Assembly: GCA_965153455.1 (NCBI GenBank)
Contig: OZ234493.1
Coordinates: 22,062,213-22,126,212, forward strand
DNA length: 64,000 nt
Reading direction: 5' to 3'
Origin: Sphagnum compactum
Lineage: Eukaryota
Shown here: piece after piece, positions 63,307 through 64,000 of the stretch
How the letters are laid out: each line of letters opens with the position of its first letter
Position numbering within the stretch: the stretch's first letter is position 1
The notes under the pieces: generated by a model
The model's database searches: none
What the model was told of the DNA's origin: nothing
The model's input: the letters and a program-made list of their open reading frames with translations, nothing else
Translations under genes and position numbers: made by a program

Positions 63307-64000
63307 ATGGAACAATTTCGAGATCATGTGAAAGAGGTCGAGAACAATGTTAAGGAAGTTGGTGACGGTGCGACAGCCAGCAAGATTAATCGTCATCAAT
63401 GTAAGCGCTTGGCGAGTGCATACGAGGAAATCAGTGTACTTTTCAAGGAGTTGATGATGTTGGATAATGCAAATCATGTGCTCTTATTGCCCTTGTTGGA
63501 TGAGTTCATTCGTGTCCTTGAGAGGGGAAAAGTCCTAGTCTTGCAATATGCAAGTGCGCAATGGTATGAATTGGCGGTGACCAGGGGAAATAACGAGGAG
63601 GCCTTTAACGAGCTCCACTTGTCACTTGATACTAACATCAAAGCATTGCAAAAGCAAGTTTCACAAAGTTCGAAAGAGGTACAATTCCCCGGATGGACTC
63701 ATGACACATCGCAAGCTGCAACATTTCGAAGGGATGCCGAGGAGGATTTTAATGAAATGCTGGAAATGTTGCAAGATTTAGTAAAGAATCTGCCAATGGC
63801 AATCGATAAGCTCAAGGGAACACCATCAGGGGACGAACTCCCTCTCAATCTGCGAATAGAGAGACGGAAAATTACGCTTGGGCAACAGATTGGGAAGGGG
63901 GCTTATGGGTTGGTGCACGAGGCATACTGGCTTGGATGCAAAATCGCTGTCAAAATCATAGAAACAAGTGAGATCAGTGTGTTGCAGCAGGAGGTGAATA
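63307..64000 (+). CDS. Second MLKL-NTD-like kinase paralog, truncated by window end
   Basis: Open frame MEQFRDHVKEV..INRHQCKRLA..LLPLLDEFIRVLERGKVLVLQYASAQWYELAVTRG..IGKGAYGLVHEAYWLGCKIAVK, colinear with the 47285 gene. Confidence 0.9.
   Translation, partial: MEQFRDHVKEVENNVKEVGDGATASKINRHQCKRLASAYEEISVLFKELMMLDNANHVLLLPLLDEFIRVLERGKVLVLQYASAQWYELAVTRGNNEEAFNELHLSLDTNIKALQKQVSQSSKEVQFPGWTHDTSQAATFRRDAEEDFNEMLEMLQDLVKNLPMAIDKLKGTPSGDELPLNLRIERRKITLGQQIGKGAYGLVHEAYWLGCKIAVKIIETSEISVLQQEVN

Overview
AT-rich, intron-containing plant nuclear DNA. It looks like a bryophyte, probably a moss (inferred from the genes and repeat style, not proven). Seven protein-coding genes can be traced, one of them truncated by the window end: a CGR2/3-type pectin methyltransferase (+) convergent with a URGT-type UDP-rhamnose/UDP-galactose transporter (-); a DUF212 acid-phosphatase/haloperoxidase-related gene (-); a 15-exon LAF3-type amidohydrolase (-) head-to-head with Lhca3 (+); and two tandem paralogous kinases with an N-terminal MLKL-like helical domain (+). 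The most striking observation is that the last exon of the LAF3 gene reads without a stop into an apparently complete BioY-like domain (prokaryotic ECF biotin S-component), giving an amidohydrolase-BioY fusion. The complete kinase keeps its catalytic motifs and ends in a polybasic CaaX tail. Intergenic DNA holds a decayed kinase plus RBR-ligase-like relic, a PIF/Harbinger transposase relic, a CRE-like non-LTR retroelement with an internal inversion, a three-copy MITE family, two minisatellites and several dispersed repeats. Family assignments come from manual motif recognition and need HMM/BLAST confirmation.
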